From Novosphingobium sp. (GTDB lineage: Bacteria > Pseudomonadota > Alphaproteobacteria > Sphingomonadales > Sphingomonadaceae), in contig NZ_JAIEPN010000035.1 in assembly GCF_019748365.1 (NCBI RefSeq), forward strand, positions 46,911-110,910: a stretch of DNA of 64,000 bases. Reading direction: 5' to 3'. The position numbers were made by a program, and so were the translations under genes. Within the stretch, counting starts at the first letter, position 1, and each line of letters begins with the position of its first letter. The notes below the pieces were generated by a model, which did not search any database, was not told where the DNA came from, and saw only the letters and a program-made list of their open reading frames with translations. Shown piece after piece: positions 9,741 through 20,636 of this stretch.

Positions 9741-10685
9741 TCAATTGCCGATGCGCAGGAACCGTTCAGCGCGAAGCGCGCGCAAGGTATCGGCGGGCTT
9801 GCCGGCGAGCGCGGAGAGTTCCTCGGCAATCGCCTTGCCAAGCGCCACCGCAGCCCCGGTGCCGTCGCGGTGTGCGCCGCCCACAGGCTCCGGCACGATG
9901 CGGTCGATCACGCCGAGCGCGAGGAGGTCCTGCGCGGTCATGCGCATGGCCTCGGCGGCTTCGGGGGCCTTTTCGGCGGTGCGCCAGAGGATCGAGGCGC
10001 AGCCTTCCGGCGAGATCACCGAATAGACGGCATGTTCAAACATCAGCACACGCTCGGCGCTGGCGAGCGCAACCGCGCCGCCCGAGCCGCCCTCCCCCAC
10101 GATCGCGGCGACCATCGGCACGCCCAGCGCGAGGCAGGCTTCGGTGCTGCGCGCAATGGCTTCTGCCTGGCCGCGCTCTTCGGCCTCGATCCCCGGGAAC
10201 GCGCCCGAAGTATCGACCAGCGTGACGACCGGCAGGCCATAGCGGCTCGCCATTTCCATCAAGCGGATCGCCTTGCGGTAGCCCTCGGGCTTGCCCATGC
10301 CGAAGTTGTGGCGAATGCGGCTCTGGGTATCGTGGCCCTTCTCGTGGCCGATCAGCATGACCGCGCGGCCTTCGAGCGTGGCGAAGCCGCCGACGATGGC
10401 ATGATCCTCGCCGAACTTGCGATCACCGCCCAAGGGCATGAAATCGGTGAAGGCCTTGCTGACATAGTCGCGGAAATGCGGGCGCGAAGGATGGCGCGCG
10501 ACCTGCGTCTTCTGCCAGGGCGTCAGCGAGCGGTACGTGCTGGCGAGCAGTTCGGCCGACTTGGCTTCGAGGCGGCGAATCTCGGAGGTGATGTCGAGCG
10601 CGCCCGTTTGCGCCGTTTCGCGCAGTTCGGCGATGCGCGCCTCGAGCGCGGCGATCGGCTTTTCGAATTCGAGATAGGAAATCAT
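9741..10685 (-). CDS. accA: Acetyl-CoA carboxylase carboxyltransferase alpha
   Basis: [47 protein letters not shown]. Confidence 0.96.
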   Translation of the reverse strand: MISYLEFEKPIAALEARIAELRETAQTGALDITSEIRRLEAKSAELLASTYRSLTPWQKTQVARHPSRPHFRDYVSKAFTDFMPLGGDRKFGEDHAIVGGFATLEGRAVMLIGHEKGHDTQSRIRHNFGMGKPEGYRKAIRLMEMASRYGLPVVTLVDTSGAFPGIEAEERGQAEAIARSTEACLALGVPMVAAIVGEGGSGGAVALASAERVLMFEHAVYSVISPEGCASILWRTAEKAPEAAEAMRMTAQDLLALGVIDRIVPEPVGGAHRDGTGAAVALGKAIAEELSALAGKPADTLRALRAERFLRIGN

Positions 10686-10695
10686 TTGCGCCGCG

Positions 10696-11637
10696 CTAAG
10701 GCTGGCTCGCCGCCGGGTCAACCTTTGCGGCCGTGTTTTGCGCCGGCGCCGTTTGCATTCCTGGACCAAGGGGATGGCGGCTGTTGACCAGCGCGACGAG
10801 CCGGGCGGCATCGACATGGGTGTAGATCTGTGTCGTCGCGATATCGGCATGGCCGAGCAGGGTCTGCAGCACACGCAAGTCCGCGCCGCCTTCCAGCAGA
10901 TGCGTGGCAAAGGCATGGCGCAGCACGTGAGGGCTGACCTTTTCAGGATCGAGCCCGGCACGGAGCGCAAGATCGCGCAAGAGCTGGAACAGGCGCACGC
11001 GCGTGAGGTGGCCGCCACGCGGGCTGGGAAAGACCCAGCGCCCGCCCTTTGGTCGCAGCGTCAGCCAGCGGGCGAGTGCGGCACTTGCGCGCTGGCTGAC
11101 CGGGACCATTCGCTGCTGGCCGCCCTTGCCCGTAATCATCAGGAAAGGCGCATCGCGCGGGACGGCTGCCAGCGGCAGCGAGACAAGCTCGGTGGCGCGC
11201 AGGCCCGAGCCATAGAGCAGTTCGAGCAGGGCCAGCATCCGGGCGCCCTCCCCCGCCTCCGCCTCGCTCTCAGCCAGCGTGAACAGCGCAGCGATATCGG
11301 CGTGGCCGAGCAGGCGCGGCAGCGGGCGGCGGATGCGCGGACGTGGCAGCGCAGCGGAGGGGTCGTCGCTGCGCAGGCCCTCGTCCGCGAGGAAGCCGTA
11401 GAACTGGCGCAGCGCCGAGGATTTCCGCGCCAGGCTGGAGGGGGCAAGATCGCGCCAGGCTTCGGCGAGGCTGGCGATGGCTGTGCTGTCTGCCATGACG
11501 AGATCGCCGATTTCCTTGCGCGCGGCGCGCAGGTCGCGTCCATAGGCGGCGAGCGTGTTGGCAGCGGCGCCCCGTTCGGCGGCGAGCATCGCAAGGAAGG
11601 CGGCGATGGGATCGCCAGGGGTGGCCCGCGGCGCCAT
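10696..11637 (-). CDS. xerD: Tyrosine recombinase XerD
   Basis: [54 protein letters not shown]; housekeeping context. Confidence 0.88.
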   Translation of the reverse strand: MAPRATPGDPIAAFLAMLAAERGAAANTLAAYGRDLRAARKEIGDLVMADSTAIASLAEAWRDLAPSSLARKSSALRQFYGFLADEGLRSDDPSAALPRPRIRRPLPRLLGHADIAALFTLAESEAEAGEGARMLALLELLYGSGLRATELVSLPLAAVPRDAPFLMITGKGGQQRMVPVSQRASAALARWLTLRPKGGRWVFPSPRGGHLTRVRLFQLLRDLALRAGLDPEKVSPHVLRHAFATHLLEGGADLRVLQTLLGHADIATTQIYTHVDAARLVALVNSRHPLGPGMQTAPAQNTAAKVDPAASQP

Positions 11638-11642
11638 CCCCG

Positions 11643-13541
11643 TCAGACCCGCGCCACGGCCTCCGCCGCGATCATCCGCGCCTCGCCCTCAAGCCCGGCC
11701 CGGCGCAGCGCGGCGACGATGTGGTAGAGGTGCAGCGGGGTCATCTTGTCCCACCCGCTGCCTTGCATGCCGAACCCGGCGAGCAGGGCGACCAGCACGG
11801 GATTCTCCGATGCGGCTGCGGCATCGATGGCCTGTGTCCAGCGCGTCTGGCGTGCGAGGTCCAGCTTGAGATCGCCCGCGACGCGGCGCGCGGTGGCGGG
11901 ATCGACCCGGCCGAGGCCCATCAGCCCCGCAAGGAGAAAGCGCGAGCGCAGGCCGCCGGTGCTGGTATCGCCCGACTGGAAGGTGCCGAGCGTATCGGCG
12001 CTGATCGGGGCAGACTTGGCGGGTGCGGCGAGCGCGATCAGGCCCCAGGCCTCGCTGCCCGCAGGCACCATGCTCGCCCAGCGCGCCGCATTGCGATCAA
12101 GCCCGGCGGTGAGCATCGAGGCGATCAGCGCCTTGGCATCGCCCGAGAGATTGGCATCGGGCGTAATGCGCGCGGTGGCATAGGCGGTTAGCACAAGGCG
12201 CGAATAGGCGCGGTCCGGATCGCTGGCATCGCCCCACAGGCTGCGGATGGCCGAGAGCCGGTCCGCCACATCGGCAGCGAGATAGGCGCTGCGCAGCGTA
12301 TCGGCGAGCGGGCCCCAGGTGCGATCGGGCTCGTCCAGCGCGTGGATCTCGCTGTAGAGATCGACCATCGCGGCGGACGAGAGAATGCCGCGCTCGGCCG
12401 CGATATCGGCCGCTTCGGCGCGCGCGGTGAGCGGGAGCATCGGCGCGCGCACCGCCAGCACGGCATAGGCGGCGCCCGCCTGCTTGCGCAGCGCTTCGGG
12501 CGGTTCGAGGCCGGTGGCGAGCGCGAGGCCCGTGCGCCACGGCGTGAGGCCATCCACCCCGGCCCACTCGATCTTCACCGCGCGGTGGCCCTGGCTGGCG
12601 GCACCCGCGAACTTCTGGGCGAGGAGGATATCGATCTTGGGCGCGACGCCCTTGCGCATGGCGTTATCGAGCACGGCGAGCGCGGGCGCGCCTTCCCCGC
12701 CGGTGAACGCGGTGCAGATCGCGCGGGTCAGCGTCCAGTCCCACCCCGGCCGACCAGCGGCGGTAAGCGCAGTGATCGGGCAGAGGCCGACCGGATCGGC
12801 CGTCGCGAGGAAGCTGCCCATCGCCGCGTCCTCGAGCGTCTTCGTATAGAAGCCGCTGTCGACTTCCTGCACCATGGCGCGCGCTGCGTCGGCCTCTCCC
12901 ATGCGGAGGAGCACCTGCGCCCGCAGCGCCGCCCAGTCCGCGCCGTTCATGCCGACGGGCGTATCGAGACGGCTGGCAAGGGCACGGCGGAGCATGATGT
13001 GGCCCCAGCGCGAGACAAGATCGCCGCCCATCCTGCTGAGCAGCCCGGCGACGAAGGGGCCGTTCAGATAGTGGCTGGAGACCGCAGGGAAGCCGCCATC
13101 GGCCTGATCGAAGAAACCGACGCGCGAAAGGCTGCGCTGCGCCTGGGGCGGGATGTCCGCCCGCGGCTTGGCACTGGCGATCAACTGGTCGACGAGCGCC
13201 GGATCGATATCGGCAAGCCCATCGGCGGCTGCGGCCGGCGCGGCGGCCGCTGGCGCGGGATTGCCGGGGACCGGCTGGACCGTCGGCACGGCAACAGCCT
13301 GCGGTGTGGGCGAGGATGCCGGGCGCTGCACGGTGACCACGGCGGGCGTGCCCGAACGGGCCGGTGCGGGCGCGCTGATGGCGCCAGGTCGTGGCGGCGT
13401 CTGCGGCTTGCGGACCGGAGCGGCCGGCTTGTCGTCAAAACCCGGTGGAAGCAGCGATTCCTGCGCGGTTACGGCCAGCGCCGATAGCGCACCGATGGCG
13501 GCGCAGCTCAGCGCGGCAAGGCGAATGCGGCGCAGGTTCAT
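11643..13541 (-). CDS. Conserved exported hypothetical protein with Pro/Ala-rich N-terminus and helical repeats
   Basis: 632-aa ORF with typical codon use, signal peptide, QESLLPPGF start of mature chain. Confidence 0.7.
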   Translation of the reverse strand: MNLRRIRLAALSCAAIGALSALAVTAQESLLPPGFDDKPAAPVRKPQTPPRPGAISAPAPARSGTPAVVTVQRPASSPTPQAVAVPTVQPVPGNPAPAAAAPAAAADGLADIDPALVDQLIASAKPRADIPPQAQRSLSRVGFFDQADGGFPAVSSHYLNGPFVAGLLSRMGGDLVSRWGHIMLRRALASRLDTPVGMNGADWAALRAQVLLRMGEADAARAMVQEVDSGFYTKTLEDAAMGSFLATADPVGLCPITALTAAGRPGWDWTLTRAICTAFTGGEGAPALAVLDNAMRKGVAPKIDILLAQKFAGAASQGHRAVKIEWAGVDGLTPWRTGLALATGLEPPEALRKQAGAAYAVLAVRAPMLPLTARAEAADIAAERGILSSAAMVDLYSEIHALDEPDRTWGPLADTLRSAYLAADVADRLSAIRSLWGDASDPDRAYSRLVLTAYATARITPDANLSGDAKALIASMLTAGLDRNAARWASMVPAGSEAWGLIALAAPAKSAPISADTLGTFQSGDTSTGGLRSRFLLAGLMGLGRVDPATARRVAGDLKLDLARQTRWTQAIDAAAASENPVLVALLAGFGMQGSGWDKMTPLHLYHIVAALRRAGLEGEARMIAAEAVARV

Positions 13542-13678
13542 GAAGCGGCCTGCGCGCTCGGCGCCGCGACAGGCGTCTCGATCCAGCGTGTCGGCTGCGT
13601 ATCACCCATGATCCATGCCAATGCCACTATCGCCACCACCACCAAGAGGCCGCCCAATGCCAGAATTCGAGCTTTCAC
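13538..13678 (-). CDS. Small single-TM protein (46 aa)
   Basis: GTG start, MKARILALGGLLVVVAIVALAW...PTRWIETPV; ATGA overlap with the downstream 632-aa gene. Confidence 0.65.
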   Translation of the reverse strand: MKARILALGGLLVVVAIVALAWIMGDTQPTRWIETPVAAPSAQAAS

Positions 13679-13783
13679 CAAACACGCTCCTGCGGCCGCT
13701 GACCTCGCCCGCTTCCGGGGCTTCGCCGCAGCTCTTGCACAACCCTTGCGCTCGGCCCTAGCGCAACTATAGGCGGCGCGGCA

Positions 13784-14365
13784 ATGGAGCACGACGACCC
13801 CGCCTTCTCAGCCGCCGCGGTCCAGCGGCTGGCCGCCCGCATCGATCGGCCGATCGTGCTGGTCGGCATGATGGGCGTGGGCAAGACAACAGTGGGGCGC
13901 AAGCTCGCCACCATGCTGAACGTGCCGTTCTGCGACGCCGACGAGGAAATCGAAAAGGCGGCGCAGATGTCCATCCCGGAGATCTTCGCGCAGTTTGGCG
14001 AGCCCTACTTCCGCAGCGGCGAACGCCGGGTGATCGCGCGGCTGGTGGGCGAGGACGGCGCCCCGGTGCGCCGGGTGCTGGCGACGGGCGGCGGCGCCTT
14101 TGTCGATCCCGAAACACGCGCGCTGATCCTGCAGCGCGCGATTGCGGTGTGGCTCGACAGCGACCTTGACACGCTGGTGATGCGGGTTGGGCGCAAGAGC
14201 AATCGCCCGCTGCTGAAGAACGGCAACCCGCGCGAGATTCTGGCAAAGCTCAAGGCCGAGCGCGGCCCCGCCTATGCCGAAGCGCCGATCCATGTGAAGA
14301 GCGGCAACCAGCCCCATCAGGCCACCGCGCTCACCATCCTGAAGGCAATCGACGCATGGCTGTGA
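13784..14365 (+). CDS. aroK: Shikimate kinase
   Basis: GMMGVGKTTVG Walker A, FRSGERRVI, ATGGGAF, RPLL. Confidence 0.95.
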   Translation: MEHDDPAFSAAAVQRLAARIDRPIVLVGMMGVGKTTVGRKLATMLNVPFCDADEEIEKAAQMSIPEIFAQFGEPYFRSGERRVIARLVGEDGAPVRRVLATGGGAFVDPETRALILQRAIAVWLDSDLDTLVMRVGRKSNRPLLKNGNPREILAKLKAERGPAYAEAPIHVKSGNQPHQATALTILKAIDAWL

Positions 14366-15465
14366 TCCCCGTCAATATCGCCGGCGCGCCTTATGAGGTG
14401 CGGATCGAAGCCGGATTGCTGGCGGCGGCGGGCACCCATTGCCGGCCGTTCATTCGCGGCGGCAAGGTTGCGGTCGTGACCGACGAGCGCGTGGCCGCGG
14501 CATGGCGCGAAACTGTGGCGGGTTCGCTGCTTGCGGCCGGCATCGCCAGTGAATGGCTGGTGCTGCCCGCAGGCGAGAGCACCAAGAGCTGGGAGTTCCT
14601 CGCCCGCACCGCCGAATGGCTGCTCGAGCAGGGCGTGGAACGCAAGGACAGCGTGATCGCGCTGGGCGGCGGAGTGATCGGGGACCTGACGGGCTTTGCC
14701 GCATCGATGGTCAAGCGCGGCTGCGGTTTCATCCAGATGCCGACGACCTTGCTGGCGCAGGTCGATTCGAGCGTGGGCGGGAAGACCGCGATCAACACCT
14801 CGGCGGGCAAGAACCTCGTTGGCGCATTCCATCAGCCGGTGCTGGTGCTGGCTGATCCGCTGGCGCTCGATACACTTCCGCTGCGAGAGACGCGCGCGGG
14901 CTATGCCGAAGTCGTGAAATACGGCCTGATCGACGATGCCGAATTCTTCTACTGGTGCGAGGCGCATGGCCCGGCGCTGCTTGCAGGCGGTGCCAGGGCG
15001 CGCGAGCATGCGATTGCCAAGAGCGTTGCGGCCAAGGCGCGGATCGTGGCGGCGGACGAAAAGGAAACGCTGGGCGTGCGCGCGCTGCTCAATCTGGGCC
15101 ATACCTTCGGCCATGCGCTGGAGGCCGAGACGGGCTTTTCGGACCGGCTGCTCCACGGTGAGGGGGTCGCGCTCGGCATGGTGCTGGCGGCGCGCTATTC
15201 GGCGCGGATCGGGCTGATGAGCGGGCAGGATGCGCAGCGGGTGGCAGCGCACATCGGCGCAGCAGGCCTGCCGTCATCGCTTGGCGCGCTGGGCCTTGCG
15301 TGTGATGGCGCGCGGCTCAAGGCGCATATGCTCCACGACAAGAAGATGGACGCGGGCACCCTGCCCTTCCTGCTGATGCGCGGGATCGGGCAGACATTCC
15401 TCGCCAAGGACGTCGATCTGGCGGACGTCGCCGCGTTTCTCGATGGGGAATTGGCGCGCGGCTAG
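14356..15465 (+). CDS. aroB: 3-dehydroquinate synthase
   Basis: GGGVIGDLTGF, PTTLLAQVDSSVGGKT, LNLGHTFGHALE, LLHGEGV. Confidence 0.96.
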   Translation: MAVIPVNIAGAPYEVRIEAGLLAAAGTHCRPFIRGGKVAVVTDERVAAAWRETVAGSLLAAGIASEWLVLPAGESTKSWEFLARTAEWLLEQGVERKDSVIALGGGVIGDLTGFAASMVKRGCGFIQMPTTLLAQVDSSVGGKTAINTSAGKNLVGAFHQPVLVLADPLALDTLPLRETRAGYAEVVKYGLIDDAEFFYWCEAHGPALLAGGARAREHAIAKSVAAKARIVAADEKETLGVRALLNLGHTFGHALEAETGFSDRLLHGEGVALGMVLAARYSARIGLMSGQDAQRVAAHIGAAGLPSSLGALGLACDGARLKAHMLHDKKMDAGTLPFLLMRGIGQTFLAKDVDLADVAAFLDGELARG

Positions 15466-15914
15466 GACGGATCGTCCGGCAGCAGATCGACGGCTTCAAA
15501 CCCCGGCAGGACCGCCTCGCGCAGCAAAGTGCGGTGGCATTCGGCGGCGGCGCGCTCGTAGCACAGCAGAGCAACCTTGCGCTCGGAAGCCAGCTCGGCC
15601 AGCACCGCACCGGCTGCAATCGCCTCGGGCAGTTCGAGCTGCGCGGCATAGATGCTGGAAAGCGCCGCGTGATCGCCGCGCCGTGCCGCCGCGCGGCCAT
15701 TGGCAGGCGTGCCCAGCGCCTTGAAATGGCGATATTCGATCCCGGCTTCGTGCGCGGCCCCGGCCAGCGCGGTCTTGGAAAAGCCCGGTCGCCGCGAGAG
15801 CGGGAGTGCGCGCACATCGGCGAGGACTTCCACCCCGGCGCGCGAAAGGGCGGCCATCAGCCCGGCCACGGTCGCCTGTTCATAGCCGATGGTCCAGATG
15901 GTCTGGCCGGGCAT
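15462..15914 (-). CDS. DUF488 family protein
   Basis: TIGYE, DVRALPLSRRPGFSK, LLCYERAAAECHR. Confidence 0.85.
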   Translation of the reverse strand: MPGQTIWTIGYEQATVAGLMAALSRAGVEVLADVRALPLSRRPGFSKTALAGAAHEAGIEYRHFKALGTPANGRAAARRGDHAALSSIYAAQLELPEAIAAGAVLAELASERKVALLCYERAAAECHRTLLREAVLPGFEAVDLLPDDPS

Positions 15915-15919
15915 CTGGG

Positions 15920-16291
15920 TTAAAACAGCCGGGCGCCGTTGGGCACCTTGCCGTCCAGCGCGAAGAGGACCACGCGGCCTTCCTCGTCCGGGAAGCCGAC
16001 CGTCAGGACTTCGGACATGAACTTGCCGATCTGGCGCGGCGGGAAATTGACCACGGCCGCGACCTGTCGGCCAATCAGCTCCTCCGGCGTGTAGAGCGCG
16101 GCGATCTGTGCGCTCGAACGTTTGACCCCGATCCCCGCCCCGAAGTCGATCGCCAGCTTGAGGCTGGGCTTGCGCGCTTCGGGATAGGGTTCGGCGCTCA
16201 CGATCGTGCCCATGCGGATATCGACCTTGAGGAAATCGTCAAAGCCGATGAGATCTGCCGCTGGGGCTGCAGGATCGTGTTCGAGATGCAT
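15920..16291 (-). CDS. csaA: CsaA-type tRNA-binding/export chaperone
   Basis: DFLKVDIRMGTI, IDFG, SSAQI, VVNFPPRQIG, GARLF. Confidence 0.85.
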   Translation of the reverse strand: MHLEHDPAAPAADLIGFDDFLKVDIRMGTIVSAEPYPEARKPSLKLAIDFGAGIGVKRSSAQIAALYTPEELIGRQVAAVVNFPPRQIGKFMSEVLTVGFPDEEGRVVLFALDGKVPNGARLF

Positions 16292-17073
16292 TACTGACCC
16301 TTGAAGTCTGCTTTCCGCTTTTCGAGGAAGGCGCGGATGCCCTCGGCAGCGTCGGCGCTGTCGCCGGCCTTCCACTGGCCTTCCGCTTCGATCAGTAGCG
16401 CGGCGGGGAGATCGGTTTCAAGCGCGCGGGCGACGTTCTGGCGCATCACGCCGAGCGCCACGGTCGGCCCGTTGGCGAGGCGTTCGGCCAGCGCCATGGC
16501 TTCGTCCATCAGCGCACCGTCGTCGACCGCCTTGTAGATCATGCCCCATTCCTCGGCCTTCTCGGCGCCAATACGCTCGCCCAGCATCATCATCTGCAGC
16601 GCGCGCGACTTGCCGATCAGGCGCGGCAGAACCCAGCTGGCGCCGCCATCGGGCACGAGGCCGATGTTGACGAAGGCCTGCAGGAAGTAGGCGCTCTTTG
16701 CCGCGAGCACGAAATCGCCCATCAGCGCGATAGAGCAGCCGACGCCGGCGGCAGGGCCATTGACCGCGGTGACCAGCGGCACGCCAAGACGCGAGAGCTT
16801 GGCGATCATCGGGTTGTAATGCTCAGTCAGCGCCTTGTAGCTGCCAGCACCGCCTGCCACGCTGCGCTTGCCGGTCGCGGCAAGATCCGCGCCCGAGCAG
16901 AAGGCGCGGCCTTCGCCGGTGATCACGACCGCGCGCGCACCTTCGAGATCATAGAGCGCATCGCCGATCTCGACCGCCATGTTGGGCGGGCAGGCGTTGA
17001 GCCGTTCCGGACGGTTGAGCACGATGCGGCGGACATTGCCGACCATTTCGACGCGGATCGTTTCGTAGGACAT
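16291..17073 (-). CDS. Enoyl-CoA hydratase/isomerase family protein (PaaG-like)
   Basis: LNRPERLNA, RAFCSGADL, GPAAGVG, GLVPDGG, AFLEKR. Confidence 0.85.
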   Translation of the reverse strand: MSYETIRVEMVGNVRRIVLNRPERLNACPPNMAVEIGDALYDLEGARAVVITGEGRAFCSGADLAATGKRSVAGGAGSYKALTEHYNPMIAKLSRLGVPLVTAVNGPAAGVGCSIALMGDFVLAAKSAYFLQAFVNIGLVPDGGASWVLPRLIGKSRALQMMMLGERIGAEKAEEWGMIYKAVDDGALMDEAMALAERLANGPTVALGVMRQNVARALETDLPAALLIEAEGQWKAGDSADAAEGIRAFLEKRKADFKGQ

Positions 17074-17181
17074 CGCTCTTTCCCTTAATCGCTCGGTTAA
17101 GGGCATGGCTAAGCCAGCCTTGCCTGCTTGGCAAGCGGGTTCAGCCGGTCCTCACAAAAGCGCCAAGGTTCAGCCCAGGTA

Positions 17182-18147
17182 TCAGGAATGCGCCTGCGCG
17201 AAGGCCGCTGCCGCCCCGAACAGGCCCGGCTGGGGATGGGTGATGAGCTTGACCGGCATGGCCGCCATCAGGCTTTCGAACCGGCCCTTCGAGGTGAAGC
17301 GTTCGGCAAAGCCCGAGCGCACCAGCGTATCCTTGATGCGCAGGCCAAGCCCGCCCGCCATGACCAGCGCGCCCGCGCCGTGGGCCAGCGCCAGATCGCC
17401 CGCCACGCTGCCGAGCGAGAGACAGAAGCGGTCCACGGCGGCGGCGGCAAGGCTGTCTTCCCCGCTGGTGCCGAGCGCCCAGAGTTCCTTGTCGGTCAGC
17501 GAAGTGATCGCGCGGCCTTCAATGCTGGCCAGCGTTTCGTAGATATCGACGATTCCGGGGCCGGCCACGACGCGCTCTGCCGAGACGCGGCGGTGACGCC
17601 CGCGCAGCCGGGCGAGGATGGCATCCTCGATCTTGTCGAGCGGGGCGTAATCGATGTGGCCGCCTTCGGTGGGCTGGACATGATAAGTGCCGCGCTGGCG
17701 CCAGAGCTGCGCAACCCCCAGCCCGGTGCCGGGTCCGACGACGCTGATCGTGCCTTCTTCCGGCAGCGGCACTTCGGGGCCGCAGAGATGGAGGAAGTGC
17801 GCATCGTCTGCCTGCGCGACCGCATGCGCCACGGCGGCAAAGTCGTTGACAACGACATAGTCCGGCGCGCTCAGCTTCTCGGGGATCAGCCCGGGGCGGA
17901 TAATCCACGGGTTGTTGGTGAAGCGGATGATCTCCCCGCCGACCGGCCCCGCAACGGCAATCGCCACAGCCGGCGGCAGCGTGCCGCCGGAGATGCGCGC
18001 AAACTCTTCCCAGGCCAGCTGGAAGCTGGGGTGGTCGGCGGTCTTGAGCGTGACCGCCTCCCCCAGCGAGACAACGCGCCCGGCCTCGACTTCGGCCAGT
18101 GCAAAGCGGGCGTGCGTTCCGCCGATATCGACCGCGACCAGTTGCAT
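17182..18147 (-). CDS. glk: Glucokinase
   Basis: [31 protein letters not shown]. Confidence 0.93.
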   Translation of the reverse strand: MQLVAVDIGGTHARFALAEVEAGRVVSLGEAVTLKTADHPSFQLAWEEFARISGGTLPPAVAIAVAGPVGGEIIRFTNNPWIIRPGLIPEKLSAPDYVVVNDFAAVAHAVAQADDAHFLHLCGPEVPLPEEGTISVVGPGTGLGVAQLWRQRGTYHVQPTEGGHIDYAPLDKIEDAILARLRGRHRRVSAERVVAGPGIVDIYETLASIEGRAITSLTDKELWALGTSGEDSLAAAAVDRFCLSLGSVAGDLALAHGAGALVMAGGLGLRIKDTLVRSGFAERFTSKGRFESLMAAMPVKLITHPQPGLFGAAAAFAQAHS

Positions 18148-18204
18148 GTTCTTCGTCCCCCCTCTTCGCGTCCGGCTTGTCGTGCCGGTTCGCCTATCCT
18201 GCGC

Positions 18205-20025
18205 TCAAAGCCCGCCCAGCGCCAGCATGGCCGAACCGCCACGTTCGGCGGGATCGGCAAAATGTCGCATCATGGCGAAAAGCTCGCGGCCGACGCCGAT
18301 CGCCTCTTCCGGTGCTTCGGCGGGCTGGCGGGCGGCCCATTCGGCTTCGTCCACCAGCGCCACGAGTTCGCCGCTCTCCGCGCAGACGCGCACCAGATCG
18401 CCATCCTTGAGAAGCGCGAGCGCGCCGCCTTTCTTGGCCTCGGGCGAAACATGGATCGCGGCGGGAACCTTGCCCGAAGCGCCCGACATGCGGCCATCAG
18501 TGACGAGCGCGACGCGGAAACCCCGGTCCTGCAGCACGCCGAGCGACGGGGTGAGCTTGTGCAGTTCGGGCATGCCATTGGCCGCCGGGCCCTGGAAGCG
18601 CACGACCACGACGACATCGCGTTCAAGTTCGCCCGCCTTGAACGCCTTGAGCACATCGTTCTGATCGGAGAACACGCGGCACGGTGCCTCGATGGTCCAG
18701 CGGGTGCGGTCTACCGCACTGACCTTGATCGTGCCGCGGCCGAGATTGCCATGAACGAGCCGCAGCCCACCTTCAGGCTGGAACGGATCGGCCACCGGTC
18801 GCAGCATCGCAGGATTGAGGGTTTCGGCAGGCGCCGGATCCCAGCGCAGCGTATCGCCATCGAGCACCGGCTGTTGGGCGCCTTCGAGCAGCGACGCGCC
18901 ATAAACGGTGCGGATATCGCCGTGGGCGAGGCCATTCTCGATCAGCTCGCGGATCACGTAGGGCATGCCGCCCGCTTCGGCGAAACCGTTCACATCGCCC
19001 GAGCCATTGGGGTAGATGCTCGCGATCAGCGGCACGGCGCGGGAAAGCTCGTCCATATCGTCCCAGTCGATCTGCACACCGGCGGCGCGGGCGATCGCGG
19101 GAAGATGGATCACATGGTTGGTCGAGCCGCCCGTGGCGAGCAGGCCGACGATCGCATTGACGATGGCCTTTTCATCGACGCAGTGGCCCAGCGGGCGGTA
19201 GTCTTCGCCATCCCACGTGATTTCGGAAACGCGGTGGACGGCGGCGCGGGTCAGTTCCTGCCGCAGCTTGGTGCCGGGATTGACGAAGCTGGCGCCGGGC
19301 ATGTGGAGGCCCATCATTTCCATCATCATCTGATTGGAATTGGCGGTGCCATAGAACGTGCAGGTGCCGGCGCTGTGGTAGCTTGCGCTCTCGCTTTCGA
19401 GCAGTTCCTCGCGCGTCGCCTTGCCCTCGGCATAGAGCTGGCGGATGCGCTGCTTTTCCTTGTTGGCAAGGCCCGTCTGCATCTGCCCAGCAGGCACGAG
19501 GATCGTAGGCAGGTGGCCGAAGCGCAGCGAACCGATGAGGAGGCCGGGCACGATCTTGTCGCAGATGCCGAGCAGCAGCGCCGCCTCGTACATGCCGTGG
19601 CTGAGGCCGACCGCGGTACCCATCGCAATATTGTCGCGGCTGAAGAGGGACAGCTCCATCGAGGCCTGGCCCTGCGTCACCCCGTCGCACATCGCGGGCA
19701 CACCGCCGGCGACTTGCGCAGTGGCGCCGACCTCGCGGGCGAAGACCTTGATCTGCTCCGGGTAGCGGCCATAGGGCTGATGCGCCGAGAGCATGTCGTT
19801 GTAGGCGGTGATCACGCCGATATTGGTGCTCTTGCCGGTGCGCAGCGCGATCTTGTCGTCACCCGCCGCGGCGAAGCCATGCGCGAGATTGCCGCACGAC
19901 AGCACATCGCGGTTGACCCCGGCATCGCGGGCGCGGGCGATCAGGTCGAGATAAGCGGCGCGCGTCGCGGCGCTGCGGGCTATGATACGGTCGGTGACCT
20001 TGGCGACGATGGGATTGAGAGGCAT
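18205..20025 (-). CDS. edd: 6-phosphogluconate dehydratase
   Basis: [41 protein letters not shown]. Confidence 0.96.
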   Translation of the reverse strand: MPLNPIVAKVTDRIIARSAATRAAYLDLIARARDAGVNRDVLSCGNLAHGFAAAGDDKIALRTGKSTNIGVITAYNDMLSAHQPYGRYPEQIKVFAREVGATAQVAGGVPAMCDGVTQGQASMELSLFSRDNIAMGTAVGLSHGMYEAALLLGICDKIVPGLLIGSLRFGHLPTILVPAGQMQTGLANKEKQRIRQLYAEGKATREELLESESASYHSAGTCTFYGTANSNQMMMEMMGLHMPGASFVNPGTKLRQELTRAAVHRVSEITWDGEDYRPLGHCVDEKAIVNAIVGLLATGGSTNHVIHLPAIARAAGVQIDWDDMDELSRAVPLIASIYPNGSGDVNGFAEAGGMPYVIRELIENGLAHGDIRTVYGASLLEGAQQPVLDGDTLRWDPAPAETLNPAMLRPVADPFQPEGGLRLVHGNLGRGTIKVSAVDRTRWTIEAPCRVFSDQNDVLKAFKAGELERDVVVVVRFQGPAANGMPELHKLTPSLGVLQDRGFRVALVTDGRMSGASGKVPAAIHVSPEAKKGGALALLKDGDLVRVCAESGELVALVDEAEWAARQPAEAPEEAIGVGRELFAMMRHFADPAERGGSAMLALGGL

Positions 20026-20636
20026 CAGGCGCTCCAGTAAATCGTGACAGGCGGTCCGTAGCCGCGCAGGAAATCGGAGACAGGATAGGCGTCGGACCCG
20101 GCGAGGACCTTCTCGATCAGCGCCTTCTTGGAGGCGCCGGTGACGACAAGGATGATCTCGCTCGTCGCCTTCAGCGCCCGCTTGTTGAGCGTCAGCCGGT
20201 CGAACGGCGCTTCGGGCGGCAGCGGGATCGGGGTGGTGGCGATCACGGTCGGGCCCGGGCGGACCAGCGCGTGCATGTGCGGGAACAGCGAGGCGACATG
20301 GCCGTCCTCGCCCATGCCGAGCCAGACGAGATCGAAGGGCTGAACCGGTGCGCCCTCTTCCAGACGCTCGAACACCGCGCCGGTTCCGGCGAGCGCGGCA
20401 TGGAGCTTGCCGAAGTTGCTGGCGGGGTGATCATCGGGCACGCGGCGATCATCGGTGAGCGCAATCGTGGCGCCGGTCCAGTCGAGCTCCTGCTCCGCCA
20501 GCAGCGCGAAGACCTTGAGAGGAGTGGAACCGCCGGTGAAGGCGAGCCGCTTCGGGCCGGGATTAGCGAGCACGCGGGCGATATGCGCGGCGACTGCGGC
20601 GGCATCGCCGGGATCGGCCCAGCTGACCTCAGTCAT
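20025..20636 (-). CDS. pgl: 6-phosphogluconolactonase
   Basis: [26 protein letters not shown]; position between zwf and edd. Confidence 0.88.
   Translation of the reverse strand: MTEVSWADPGDAAAVAAHIARVLANPGPKRLAFTGGSTPLKVFALLAEQELDWTGATIALTDDRRVPDDHPASNFGKLHAALAGTGAVFERLEEGAPVQPFDLVWLGMGEDGHVASLFPHMHALVRPGPTVIATTPIPLPPEAPFDRLTLNKRALKATSEIILVVTGASKKALIEKVLAGSDAYPVSDFLRGYGPPVTIYWSA

Noticed and set aside
10696-11637. Tyrosine recombinase as a mobile-element integrase
   Set aside because: XerD-type sequence in a conserved aroK/accA housekeeping context
17128-20040. Very long antisense ORFs (970 aa here; also 23196-25619, 45822-48632, 30693-32753)
   Set aside because: They lie opposite well-supported genes and have no recognisable motifs; this is the expected shadow of high-GC codon bias
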